Counted from the stretch's first letter, positions 35,676-49,224 are shown. The stretch: 64,000 bases of DNA from Klebsormidium nitens (GCA_000708835.1 DF237348.1:1-64000), one strand, 5' to 3'. Translations and numbers: made by a program. The notes: a model not told the origin generated them from the letters alone.

Positions 35676-38600
35676 TTAATGGAATATCTGCTGTGAAGCG
35701 TAGTATTCGCTCTCCCTAAAAGCCGGCCTCAGATCCTCGTCCCTCGTGAATTCGAGCGGAAAGGTAACAAGATGGCCTCTAACTGCGTCCAATAACCCAT
35801 CAACCTCTGAAGACAATGACGATGTGGACGGCTTCGATTCCGTCATCTGATCTCGGCTAACATCTTCTTTGGCCTTAGCCTTCTGGGCAGCCTCAGCTTG
35901 GCGCAGGGCGGACCTGAGGTGGACGATGGTTATGTGTGAGAGGGATCCCTTAAAATCAGGCTTGGCCGAATTGTCATTCGCCGCTTGCTCACTATAGCAG
36001 GATCTCGCACGAAAAGCATCGTCTCTCTGAACGCCGAAGCATTATGGTCCTCTCTACACTTCCGAGCAAGCCGCCAGTGGTTATACCATCGTATCGAGCA
36101 GACTTCACGAGCTCTATATTGCATCTTCTCCCCACATCGTCTAGCCGAGTATGATGTAAGGAGCTGAGAAACTTCAACCGTTGAAATCTTGTTGGTGCGT
36201 TTAGAGAAGCTGTGTGGTAACGCACCTGGAGTGGATGGCGTCGCTGGGTATGCATAGGAGGGCGGCCTCGTATATGGCGGTGTTGGACTTGGCACGTGCC
36301 ATCCAGAGGCCCCAGTAGGTGCGGTCGTGCACCGGGTCCCGGATTCCGTCCATCTGTACACGGAAATGGAAGTCGAGTGTCCTCAAAAAACTTGCATACG
36401 ACACGGCCACTAATCCGCAGCGCAGAATTGCACACAGCAGCGGCTGCTGTAACAGACTGGCTCTTGCGTGAAAGAGACGAGTGAAAGGTATACAACCTGT
36501 ACGGGAACAGGAACGCCAAAGAAGGTGGGCCGAAAAGTACATTATTCAAGATCCAGAAGAGAGGTACGGAACACTATTCTCTGCGGAAAGGTTCCAGAGT
36601 CCAGAATCCAAACCTCGTAGAAGCTCTTGTGGAAAACTTTCTTCACAAAGAGACCAAAAAGGAGCAAACAACGCTCACGTCCGCTTCTTTGAGCCCCAGG
36701 TGCTCCGCCCAGAGCGCCATGCGCAGCGACTGCGCGAACCGGCCCGCGCGCCAGGGGCGCCCGTCCATGGCGCCCGGTACGTACCGCTCGTCCTGGATCA
36801 CCGCTGCGATCTCGGAGTCGCGCGAGCCGAGCAGGCTGCGGTCGTTCAGATTGGCGGACCCGATCAGCGCCACCCGGTCGTCCACCAGCATCAGCTTGCT
36901 GTGGACGTACACCTGGACACGCGTGACGTCAGCATGACGTCATCTTCGTCGGGTTACGAAAGGCCCTGACAATAGGTCCAGTGGGTCCTGCCCATGGCAT
37001 CGGAATCTGGTGCACATTAGACGGAAGAAGCCTCCGAAAGACCAGCATCAGCTTGCTGTGCCCATACACTGGACACGCGTGACGTCAGCTTGATCTCATC
37101 TTCGTCAGCCTATGATGAAGGGTCTAGAAAGAAGACCTTCGGAAAAGGTCCAGGTGGGTCCTGCTGTCGGAATCTGGTGAGTACTAGACGCAGAAAGCCT
37201 TCGGAAAGAACCGCATCAGCTTGCTGTACTCCTGGACCCGTCTGACGTCAGCGTGAGGCTTACTTCGTCGGGTTACGACAATACAAGCAAAAAGCAGCAA
37301 CGGCTTGCTGTGAACACCTGAGAAACCTAGTTCTGTCGCTCCTCTCTGCTGAATGGCTCTTCTCCCTACATGTTTACTCTGCGCTCTCAGGCCCTCCGCT
37401 ACTTCCTAACCACAGAGCAGAGCCCTATTTTCTTTGACAATCATACGATGATGGACCGCGCTCAGGAAATCAATAATCACGGCGGGACTACTCTACTCAC
37501 AGCGGCCCCAGGAAGAAGTCCCCTCCATCCTGGAAAAACCCACGATTCCGAGTTCCGTCATTCGCAATCTGTTAAACTTTTGAGACCTGCTGATTCTCCA
37601 AGGGGCTCACGATCTAAACTCCGCAAACAACCCACCTGGCTGGTTGCCACGTGTCCCCCCGGCGTGAGCCTCCCGTGGCTCCTTAGCGCAAAGAACCCAA
37701 CATATTCGGACACCGCCGCCGCCGTGCCTAGTTCCTCCGCGAGCCGCGTGAGCAGCGAGTGCTTGCCCCGGCAGATAGTGCGGTACTGCCAGTGCATGAT
37801 GGCGCGGACCGAGGCCGCGCCGGCATCGTCGACTCCGCCCTGCAGAGAGTTCAATTGTCAGACTTTGCAGATCTTCTGAATCTTGCCCATAAGGGTTTAT
37901 GAATCTGCTGCCGACCATACGGTAAGCGCCAGTAACTGCGCTGATGAAACAGTACTGCCAGTCCATGATGGCGCGCACTGAGGCCGCGCCGGCGTCGTTA
38001 ACGCCCCCCCACAATCGGCAGGGTTTCCAAATGTCAGATTCCGCAGCTTTTCGTACTCTTGCACACAAGGGTGAGTTGTATAGTCCGCAGCCAATCGAGA
38101 GCGCCAATCGACCGCGTTCCCACCTAATGAGACAGTGCTGCAAGTGCGTGATGGCGCACACTGAGGACATGCCGGCATCGTCTGCCCCGCCATGCTATCA
38201 GCAATTTTTCGGTTTATGATATTTGAAAGCTTGCACTTAGAGGTTCGAGGCTCTGCTGCTCCTTCAACTGATTGACAGGCACTCGCCTCCTCTTCGTCAA
38301 AGAGCCCTTGTGACCAACTTATAGCAGTAGAAAACTCTTAATATGCAGGATTGTGAGGTGGCTTGAATTACGGTAGCAAGGTCTGATTGTCTGGCGTTCT
38401 TTACTGCGGATTGACAGAGCAAGCAAGCGAGGGTTTGGAAAAACGTCTTGCAGAAGGGTGGGTCTAACGAATAACAGTAGCGACGTTCTTGAAACCCTCG
38501 AATGGTATTATGCCCCCTTAGTCGTTCCTTTGGCCTTGATTCCGCGAGCCTCTAGTCGACTCGAGAGGTGAGAATTATTGACAACCGCCAAGAAGGTGTC

Positions 38601-41600
38601 AAAGCGAGGTCCTCCTTTGCTCGTCCACCCTCCGGTCTCCAGTTAAAGATTCAAAACCTGTTGAGTACCCTCGAGAGTATAGTAAATCAAGGCCAAAGAA
38701 TACCTGGAAGCCGGGCAGCAACAGCATGACATCAATAAGCGGACGCTCCGTGTAATTGGCTACATTCGGTCCAAAGGCAAGGCCTGGAATCCGCAATAAC
38801 TGCCAGGTCTTCAGTGAGCGGACCGTCCCCGACCGTACCTGGAACCCGGGCAGCAACGGCATGACAACAATAACCCGGAAGGTTGCGCGCTCCCTGTGCG
38901 CGCGCAGGATCCTGGCGAACAGCGCCTGGAGGACACGGTTTTGGATGGTGTCGTCCTCGTCCAGGCCCGACACGAAGAATTGGTTCTGCAAAGGGCGGCA
39001 GAAACAGGATTTCTTTGGCCGAAACACCGAAGAATTGGCTATGAAAGGGGAGGGAGACAGGGCATGTTAAACAAGTCGAATAATTGGTTCTGCGAGGAGT
39101 TACGGAAGCCGGGCCTCTTGAAGACGAAGTCGGGGGGGCGGTGGGCGCATGTTGTTTGAGCACGTGACTGCGGGAGCGCAAGAGCTGGTGGTGGATGCAG
39201 TTCTGCAGGCTTCTTCATATGTACCTTTCACAGGAGAAAAACGTCAACGTGCATGCAGAACGGGAGTGCTAGTACGTTATGAGCAGATTCCTTAGTACAC
39301 TACCGAGAGCGATCTGATCGGTAATCAGGAGCTTAACCCATGGTGATGACATGCCCGGTTGGACACTTCTAAAGGTGATTGTCTGGCTTCGTCGAGCCCC
39401 GATTCAAATCGGTGGCAACCAAGTAAAAATCCACTAACACTGATTTGACAATGACAGAGAATCGCACACCGTGTTTTGCAGTCGGATGTTTCACAGCGAG
39501 GGGTTGGGCTCACCTCAATATACACAAAGTGCTGCGCGTTTGTAATAAGCGTGCAGTACGCCTCGTGGATGCTGCGCTCCTCCGCCTGCGTCGTCCCGGC
39601 GGACCACTGCCCCACGCTGCGGACAATCTGCGGACAAACGAATATGGTGGTCATTTTGAAAGTGACAATGTTTTCTCTGAAACAGAATGGGCAATCCCCT
39701 TCTCCGAAATGTGGGTCAACTCCCCAAAGCACTATTCGCAACTGCCGTCTGTTAGCACACTTCTGAAAGGAACACAGCATTGATGAGGTAGAAGCTTAAC
39801 GTTGTGTTTGGTGTGGGCTGGGCTATGAGGAGAGCATGCGGGGCATTCATTACGAGCGACGTCATCAAACAAATTCGATACCAACCATCTTCAGCAACTG
39901 TCCACGTGTCCTTCTCTTAACTAGCCCGGCCAACAGACTCGAACGTACCGGTACGTCGCCTTCCATGGCTTTCCCCACTTCCTTTTCGTGCTGCGTAATT
40001 ACCTTGAGCTTTTCAAGGTAAGCTTGAAAAGCTCTCTTGGTGTCAAATGTGAGCTTCTTAATACGGTGTCCGAATGCAGACCTGGCCTCGAAGGGTGAAA
40101 CCTTACCTGGCACCGACACGACACCCTCTGACCCGCTTCGCCGGACGGCACCGAAGCGCCCACCAAACTCTCGCCCTCTAGTTGCTTGTGAGGCGTTTCA
40201 TCTCCCCTTTCGCCGCTCGCTCTCCTCTGGGGGGTATCCAACAGTGGCTGCTCCAGGCGCTCCTGCCCCCCCGTTTCGGAACCGGTCATCAACTCTACCT
40301 GAAGGTGCTTTTTCCCCTTCCCCGCAGACCCCGGTGTGAACTCGCCCCGTTTCTCTGCACTTGCAAGTGTGCCCCGCTTGTCGGACGGTGTGGAAGGGCC
40401 TCGCTTACCGGATGGTGTAAATGCGCCCCTCCGAGCGAACTGCGCCCACTTCTCCCGCAGCCGCGCCGCCGACTCCTGAGCGTCGGCCCAGGTCAGACCG
40501 AGGGTTTTCACAACGGGCCTCTGGCCCCGGCCGGCCGGCGGTGTGAATGACCCGCTCCTCCGAAGCTCCGCCATGTCATTCATCTCCGCATTTCCGGACG
40601 TCGACGCAAACGCGCCAGAGTCTTCCCGACCGATCTCCCCGTCCAAAAGCCGTCCGACATCGTCCGACTGGTTGGCCCGCCCGAGAGTTTTCACACTGCC
40701 CAGGAACAGGGTGCCCACAGACCGGAAAAGGCTGTCGGCACTGCGGGAGTGTGAATGCGTTCCGCGGAAACGGCCGGGGGTCAAGGTGGGGGCTTCTTCC
40801 TGGGGCAAAAGGAGGGGGATGGAAAGGACGCTCGAGCGGCGCGAGGGCGGTTCGGAGGCTTCGCCGCTGGCAGCATCCGGCAGGGCATGCGCCTCAATGA
40901 CCTACGAAAACCAATTTCAAAATTGTTAGCAACAATTGCTTGCTGATCAAACTGGACCGAAGCTCTTAGAAGTTCGACTGCAATGTTCCAGCTGGTTGGA
41001 AACTTTGAGAGGCTCGAAAACCTTATTTTTCGCAAGCGTTCAGGTAGAGAAATGGCAAGTTTTAGGACGTGCGCACATAGGTTCTGATTTGATTGAAAAG
41101 GGAACAAGCTTCAAAAAGTGGCTGGATGCACGGAAAGGGTACGTATAAAGAATATCCTGAGAAATGTGCTCCTAACTCTTCGCTGCTCGTCTACACTGAT
41201 CGCAAATGCCAGGTTAGATGGCCAGTCAATCACTCGTTGTCGCCTTACACAAGTGCATCCTTTAATGCTCGCAGCTGCATAGAACATGCAAGGAGTGTGA
41301 ATATGGCCTGACCTGTTCCTCTTGCTTGCGCTGCTCCTCGATTTCGCGAGCCTCGTCGCCGCTCCGGTAGTGCGGGATGACCATGTGCTGGTGGGGCAAC
41401 AGCAACGGGATGGCGTCCTGATTGGGCGCCTTGCTCCGCTGCAACAGAGAAAAACTGTGTCAGGGTCTCACGGTGTCTCCGTTGTTAACGTGAGAGACGT
41501 GGAAACTAGCTCCGCTGCAACACAGACGACAACGTTCAGAACAGCAGGGATGCATTGTTGAAAAGAGGACCGTGATTGTCCTTACTCCGCAGCCCACGAT

Positions 41601-44600
41601 TCGAGTTGAATTTGATCGGCAATATTGAACTCGGTCTGCCGACAAAAAGGAAAGGGTAGTTTTTTTATCTCATCTCAAACCTCGTCCTCCCGTCCGAGCC
41701 AAGAACTTGCGTCACAGGAAGCGGCTTGATGGCTGGGCTTCCCAGCTGAGATACGGGATATAAAGCAGCGGAAGTCAGAGAATTGAAACTGAAGTTGAGG
41801 TTTTAGATGAAAAGCGGAATAACGGAATGGTAAAGAAGCGACGCCCCACCTTGGCATAGTTCCAGCGCTGCACGAAGTGGCGCGCGACGTCGCGACAGGG
41901 CGGCCCCCAGAGCGCGCAGTGGACGTCGTGCCAGGGCATGCGCGGGGTGCGGCTGCGCTCCAGCTCGTCCTTGTGCGGGTCCTCCCACGAGTTGGGCTCG
42001 CGCTCCCTACAGGGTTTGGGAAACTAGGTTAGTGTTTGAAGGTTAACCAGCTCGCCCTCCTTGGAACAGCAATTGTAATGGGTGTTTGTTCAAAGCAGTG
42101 GAATGCAGCTTACAAACGTGAGTAACAGATAGTTTATGTAGGTTCGTTCACGGGTTGGGCTCGCACTTCGTGCGGGTTTTGGGTCAGGGTTAAGATTTGA
42201 AGTTAGTTATTGGATTACAGCAGTTCGCGAGTCGGTGTGGACAATCGTACTTGAAAGTTTCACAATTGGAGCCTCGGTAAGGGAGCGGGATCAAAGAACT
42301 GGAATCATTAGTGGACCTGCAATCTTCATTGTAGCGTGGATGCTAAACAGGCAGAGGTTCTTCCAAGCGTTTGACTTGCGCTCCCTTCAGATCCCGGCGG
42401 ATCAAGTGCTCACAGCGGTAGAAGGACTTTCTTTTCGCTGCGCCCACCAGAGTTTTGCGAGCTTGCACGCTCCTGACAGCGAAGGACTCCGCAAGCGACA
42501 CGTGGCATTTAGGCGACCCACAAGAAGCTTACCTGGGGTTGTAGTAGTCCTTCCCCGGCCAGACGGTCGCCGGCAGGTCCCCCAGGGAGTGCTCGGGGGT
42601 GTCGTACCGACCGAAGCACAGGTCCAAGCCGCCCAGAAAGGCCACCCGGTGATCAACCACCACGATCTTCTCGTGGTGGGACCTGGGCAAAAATGGGGAC
42701 GCATTACGACCGAGGGTGTTCCTGCTTTTGAATCTGTCGAATAAAGGTACTCAAAGCGTCTCATTGTGGGCTCTTGAGATCAGTAACTGTGGTTATATGA
42801 GTTGAGGTACTAGAGTTTCGTTGGAAGGATCCCAGGATGGCTGGGAGCTTGCAAACTTCGGTTGCAAGGATGAACGACAACGTGGTGGGTTCCTCTCCAT
42901 CTTGCGAGACCTTTTGAGCTGCGTGCTGGCTGCATAAAAGAGCACGCGCCAATTGCTTCTTCAGCTAGACGCAAAAGAAATGGAACATGGAAATAGCGAG
43001 TAGGAAAACAGGGCAAAGGGCTCACCAGAGATAGACCCCCGCCGAAAAGTGGTCCGGATGCCGCACGACCTTGATGTTCTCGTGCAGCGCTTGCAGCTTC
43101 TTCTTGCTGTATAAGCTATTGATCTTGAGCGCGATGGACACCTCCTTATACATCAGTATGTACACCTGCACGCCCGCCCGCGCGCGCTCCTCCAGAATGG
43201 CGGCGACCGTGGACTGGCCGTGGCTGGCGAAGGGTCGCCGGAGGAAGAGGTCGGGGCAGAGCCACCAGCCGGTGATATAGATCTGCGGTCAACAAACTTA
43301 CGAGGGTTTGTTGAAGCACAACAGGACGGCGATGTGATGAACAACGCAACCGTCCAGGTTCGACTCGCCCCAAAGCAAGGCAGAAGATACTGTGAAAGAC
43401 CGATGGACAAAGCAGGTTTGCAAGTCTCGTCCGGCAAATAGGGAGGAGCGACGGGTAGTACTTCCTCTCAACAATCATTCGACGGATGGATTCACACACT
43501 TCGAACTCGGGATACGCACTTGGAAAGCAAAACAACTCAGATCTTTGTATTCAAATATCCGGCTTCCCTCGTTACAAATTTCCTCTTTGCCGGTAAACCA
43601 CACCCTCAGGAACAAACTCAGGGCCTCGACAGAAAGCGCAGAAGGCATTGACATCCAAGAAGCTGAACCATACCACACGAGCTACCAAACACGTGCCTTT
43701 CTTATCCAGCACCGTTGCAAAGAAGCTTAGAAACCGACTGCAATCAAATACCAGATTCCCCACCTCGTTCTTCGCTGACTCCAGCGCATTGGCCACCGCC
43801 TCAAACGCTGCCCTCCCGTCAACGAGCCACTGTGCTTCGCTGCCATCGGCAATCATCCCCCGAGGGGGCGCAAATGAGCCGAAGCGGTGGGGGTGGCACC
43901 ACGCCTCGGGGGCCTGCAACCCGGCCTCGTTGATCGCAGCCACCCAGTCTTTCGAACCCGCCCCATGCCTGACAAAAGAAGCAAATTTTGATATTGGTAA
44001 AGTTCACTTGCGGTCCAGATTTTAGGTACTCATTTGAGCACAGGGTTCCCTCCAACTCGATGAATGAGGTCTTCTGAACCCGCCGCATGCCTGACCAGAA
44101 GCGTATAGGTGAAATACATTTGCGGTCATGACTTCTGGAAGCCGTTTGAGGAGATCCACTCTAACTCGATGGATCAGGAACCACTGATGTCGAGACAGCG
44201 CTACTTCTGCGGAGGTGATAACGTTGAACGTTGGCATAAGGAACAGGCCCATCGACATTGGCGCGAATCGACGGCTCTCTCTTTAAGGCTACGTTCTACA
44301 GAGCGCTCCGTGTTCGTCGTTTTGGGGAAGCGACCGTCAGAAAAGGTTGCCACATGACCACGGAGCAGCCGCACATGCTACGAGCTCACCAGCAGCCGGC
44401 AATTGCGATCTCGTCAAACGTGTGTTGTAACATCGTGGAATCGACGATGATGTCTCACCTGGTCCGTATTTGCAGAACTCGGCCCCCACCCGCAACCTCA
44501 AACCCAAACCACATTGGCCGCTTGTACTTGTGCGGCCTCGCCAGCCGCACGCCCTCGTCCTTCCGCTCCATTCCGTCGTTCCGCTCGGTTCCGCCGTTCC

Positions 44601-47152
44601 GTTCCGCTGTCTGAAGGACATCGAAGAGGATGATGTCCACCGGCTTCTTGTCGAGGGGGTCAGCTAGCAGTGCGAGGAAGCCAGGCTTGAGAACCCCCCA
44701 TACCTCCTGCCAGTTTCCGCGGCAGCACGTGCTTCCGCAAAAGCAGGAAAAGAGGCGGCGGAACCAGCCGGGGCGCGTCTTCTTCCGGGGGGGTAGGTCT
44801 TGTTCCTTGTCGCCTGCAGAAGTGAGCCGGCTGTAAGATGGCCAAGAAATAGAAGAGCGCAGTAATAAGGGACACACGAAGGTTGCTCGCAACATCAGAA
44901 GCCTCCGACATGGCGACGTTTCATCGACTCCTGTCATCGAGCGGCTAAGGAAGTCGCTGCAGCGTTATCGGAAGTCTGACGTTGGCATGACGTCAGTCAG
45001 TCCAAACCTGTGAAGTGCGAGGTTCGATCCCCCTCGGTAAACCTGATGACTCAAGGTCCTATCGTGGGGTATGCGGAAGGAGCGTACTGAGTTGGAACTC
45101 CACACAAAGCGATTGCAGGAGAGAGATCAACGTGCCGGACAAACCACACCCACCAACCCCACGCACCTTCCTCGTCATCGTCTGCCTCCGTGTCCAGGTC
45201 CGCCAGGTGGCGCACGCTGAGCCAGCCCTCATGGAGCTTGGGGCCATACTCGCGCGCAAATGACAGCCGCGACACCTCCAAGAAGCGGCACACCTCGCGC
45301 GTGTTCACCAACTCTAAGTTTTCCAAAAAGCTGCAGAAAAGGGGCCGTTCGGACGTTGTCAAGCTTCTCGCAAGGTTTGGTTTATTGCTGAAATCCCGTT
45401 TGGCTTAATCACTGAGGAGGTGATTTCGATTTCCACTGTGTCAGAAAAAGCTTGTAAATCGGTTGCAGGGTATTGATCTGAAAATCCTTTTAGTCGGGTT
45501 GACCGACAGGATCAGCGAGAGTATGTATTTTAAGGAGGAGTGTGACTCCTGAGAATAGGCATCAAAGCATTGTCGATCATGACAATCATACAGACAAAAA
45601 CGAGGGCATAGGAGCCCAAAAGAAGTTCCTGAGACGTCACCATTGCTAGCAAGATCAGAACTAAGAGTGTTACGGACCCGCGTCCCTTCCATAAGAGACT
45701 GAACTCTGGTTGCGCGCGGATGTGAGCTTCATTCCAAGTCGAATTTTTCGAGAAGGTGATGGTCGAAAAAGGTGGTGGATGCCGGAGCCGAGCAGAAGCA
45801 GGGGGGTGAAAACGCGTCTTCGTTAGTGCAATTTTGAGCAAAACAGTGTTTTTGAGTGTTTCTTGAGGCCAGACAAATCGAACTAAGCGGACAACCGAAT
45901 CAACTGACACACAAGTTGGCCGGAAACTGCGGTGGGAATCTGTTCAGAATCGTCGAGCACAACGCAACAAAGCACAGAAAACTCGAAGGCATCCCCTTAC
46001 TGGTTCACATAATCCTGCATCACTCGCATCGCATCCTCTGCCGCACTCCCGCTCCTCCCTAACGTCGGCTTCATCACCGAGAACGCCGCCTCCACTGGGA
46101 CGCTCACGTCCACCTTCCGGGGGGTGCTCTGCCCAGCCTCCGGCTCCCCCCCTTCCCGAAAAGGATCCTCCAACCCCTCCTCGCCTCCCTCGGCAACCCC
46201 CCCAGAAAACCGGAAGGAGTGCCCCCGAAATGAGTGCTCCGGCAGAAGACGGTCTAGGTAAGACTTGAGGTTCTCTTGCTGTCGGTCCCAGTAAAGCTTG
46301 AACTGCTCCTGCCGCGTGCGCAGCTCGACGGTGAGCGCGCGGCGCTTGAGGCGGAAGTGGAGGGCGAGGACCTGGCCCGCGCGCTTCTCCAGGCGCCACG
46401 AGAACTAGAACAGGGGGGAAAGAGCGTGTGTGGCTTAGTCAGACTTGTTACACTTGAGATTCATGGAAGGGCTGAGTGGGAGTTGACTTGTGTTCTGAGA
46501 AGTTGGTGGTAGCTGGGGACTCTGCGGCAGCCTACTAGTAGAGCTTCTCCAGGCAGCTCAGTGGGGGGAACCAAAGTTCAAGGAAAACATTTGACGCTCT
46601 GAGAGATGCATCATCAGGAGAATGACAAAAGGCAATACGAGGTTTTGAACAAACAACAGGCGGGGCTTTCAGGAGCCGGAGCACGTTTTTGGTACTTCCA
46701 AGAAATGCAAAGTCTAATCAAAAGCCGACTTTTCAGCTGATAAGCTGTCTTCTCCCAATCAAGCAAGTTATCAAATCATGCTGTCAACAGGGACCCATAC
46801 CACCCAAGCATCCAGAACGCTTGAATTTCATGACTGACAGCCTGATCTCCAGAGCATCATGAACAACTTTGTCCAAACTGTACCACCTTCAGCAACTGGG
46901 AATCCCATCGCAACTCACCTGCCTGTAGCGCATCTCAATTGTGTACACCAATTGCACATCCGTAACATCAGCTCTGGTGACCCCTGTGACCCTTGCCACC
47001 GGCAACTCTTCAAAGACTGCCGCCTCGGCTTTCGCTGCAGCATCTTTTTCATTCCCATCACAATCTACGGCTGAATCATGTGCGACCTGTCCCTCAATTG
47101 GTCTGTACTCCCCCTTTCTTTCCGCTGAAGGATGGTCCTCAGACCGCGCCAT
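35676..47152 (-). CDS. PLDZ: Phospholipase D zeta (PX-PH PLD), multi-exon
   Basis: First exon [15 protein letters not shown]...YTIEMRYRQ (PX). [18 protein letters not shown]1 [28 protein letters not shown] and HKD2 [48 protein letters not shown]. Final exon [30 protein letters not shown]-stop(35676). Confidence 0.95.
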
Positions 47153-47932
47153 GGCTTGGGAACATTAGAATCAAGAGATTCACGTCAGTGAGCAATTTAA
47201 AACTTTGAATTTGAAGCATCAAACTATGAGGACTTGCAAGAACCAGCGCTGAACCAAGCCTTTGCGCAGCTGCTGGCTGGACAACTGCCTCTCGAAGCTG
47301 CAGCAATGCACTGAAGCAGCTGGCAGTGGGAGTGGGTCTGCGCACATCCCAGGGCCAAAGCTTTCTCCATCATGGAACTCGGAAAAGCAAGCTCACATGC
47401 ACTGGTGGCAGTGGTGACTGACTTTGACAAGCTTGAACTTGCATGAAGCAGCTGCTTTGAAGTGAATGATAAAGTGCAGATGTGCACAATTAAAGGCAAT
47501 GTTTTTCGACCAGGCATAAGTACATGGAGAGGATGGGACGCAAATGGACGCATAAGCGCGTAGCTTTGCTCTGAGTCTAAGGTAGATTTTGAGAAAGACT
47601 CAAAGAGTGGCTCAATCTACCAGTATTGAGACCTCCTACAGGAATTCCAGATTTTTTGGAATTATAAGCTTAGGTACGTCTTTAGCCACGTATGCGCGGT
47701 GAGTTGACCACCTGGGCACTAGGAAATCTGAAAAGCCACGCACATATGGCGTGTGAAGAGCTCTATAGCAGTAGTAAAAGGTAGATACTAGAGCCTGAGG
47801 CGTTTCCTTCTCCCTCCTCCCGCAGCGATTGTACGTCTCACTTTTGCTGAGAATGAAACCTTGATTGTGGCTTTTTTTGCTCTCGCTTGGCCTTTCCCAC
47901 CGCGGTTGTGGTACAATCCACTTAGATTGGCC

Positions 47933-49224
47933 ATGCTCTCTAATCTGCTGCGACGGCCTTTTGCTGCGGCTGCTGCCACCGTGCGGCGCACGCGGGGTCT
48001 TGAGGAGTTTTTTGAAGGGGGGCCTCTTAAGAAGGACGAGCCGCTGGTGGTTGGGAGGGAATGGAAGGTGAGCCTCGTGGGAGATACTCGAATTTGAAGC
48101 TGGTTCTTAGTAGATTTCAAGGCAAGCACCTTTCTTAGATACAAAGGTGGTCACAACGCTCTGCCCTTCTAACATATCCAAAGTGATTGTGAGATGTGGG
48201 CAAAAGGGTTGGTGTACCACCTGGTGGCGAATGCAGAAGTGAAGCGCTTGCCACTTGACAGCTTGAGCGTGGCTCGTCAAAATGGCCTTCAGAAGCTTAC
48301 GATGCAAAGAGTGGTGCAAGCCTGTGATGCAACAAGCGGTGGTGGCTCGAGAGGTGGCTATAGTTCTTGTTGCTTAATGGTTTAGCCAAAGTGGCGTGAT
48401 GCTATGCATCCGATCTGCACACTGGACAGATTGCCCAGCATTGAAAATTGTAAGATTGAAAGCGTGCACTTTTCTGCTTGGACAATCGTTTCGTGGTTAA
48501 AAGTACACTCAGAAGCTGAAAGAGTTGATACTCAATTTTGATGTCAGGCACCTTAAGTTCCGCAATGGTTTAACAGGGCAAAAGATTGCTGATTGGGTAC
48601 TGCCCTCAGCATGATTCTTGTTGCTTCTTATTCTGTTTCTTCTCTGATTTTACCTTTTGACATGTCTACGGCGAAGTCAGGGCAGCTCCAGGCATCTGCG
48701 GCTCACTTTGAGAAGCTATCAATGAGCACCGATGGACGATGAACACTGTTCAGCATCTGGCTTTTGCAGGCCAGCGATTTGCGGCTAAAGTCGTTTGACG
48801 ACCTTCACAAGCTGTGGTATGTGTTGCTTAAGGAGCGGAACATGCTGGCAACACAGAAGGAAATCCATCGAAAGGCCGGCTATGTCATGCCCCGCTTGGA
48901 CCGGATACCGAAGGTGGGTAAAGGGGCATCCTTGCTTATTGCGCTGTCATGGTGTTCTTTGTTTTAGATCCATGTATGATCAGGGGGCGAAAGCCTTTTC
49001 TTTCTAATATTACATGATGGGGAGAACGTACAATTTCAGTACAGGATTGCAGTACGGACTTTTCATTCTTGTGACTCAAGGGCAGATCTATCAATGGAAT
49101 TGTTTAATGAATGCAGGTGCGGAAGGCCATGTGTCGAATAAAACACGTTCTTACTGAGAGAGCACTCGCCGAATCTGACGTCCAAAAACGGGCTGTAGCA
49201 AAGAAAGTAATTAACGACATGTGA
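47933..49224 (+). CDS. MRPL47: Mitochondrial ribosomal protein L47 (uL29m), 3 exons
   Basis: GLEEFFE...VGREWK / ASDLRLKSFDDLHKLWYVLLKERNML / VRKAMCRIKHVLTERA...INDM-stop. Confidence 0.93.

Noticed and set aside
44555-44610. Short ccgttccg repeats
   Set aside because: These are a coding micro-repeat ([15 protein letters not shown]) within a PLD exon, not a separate element.
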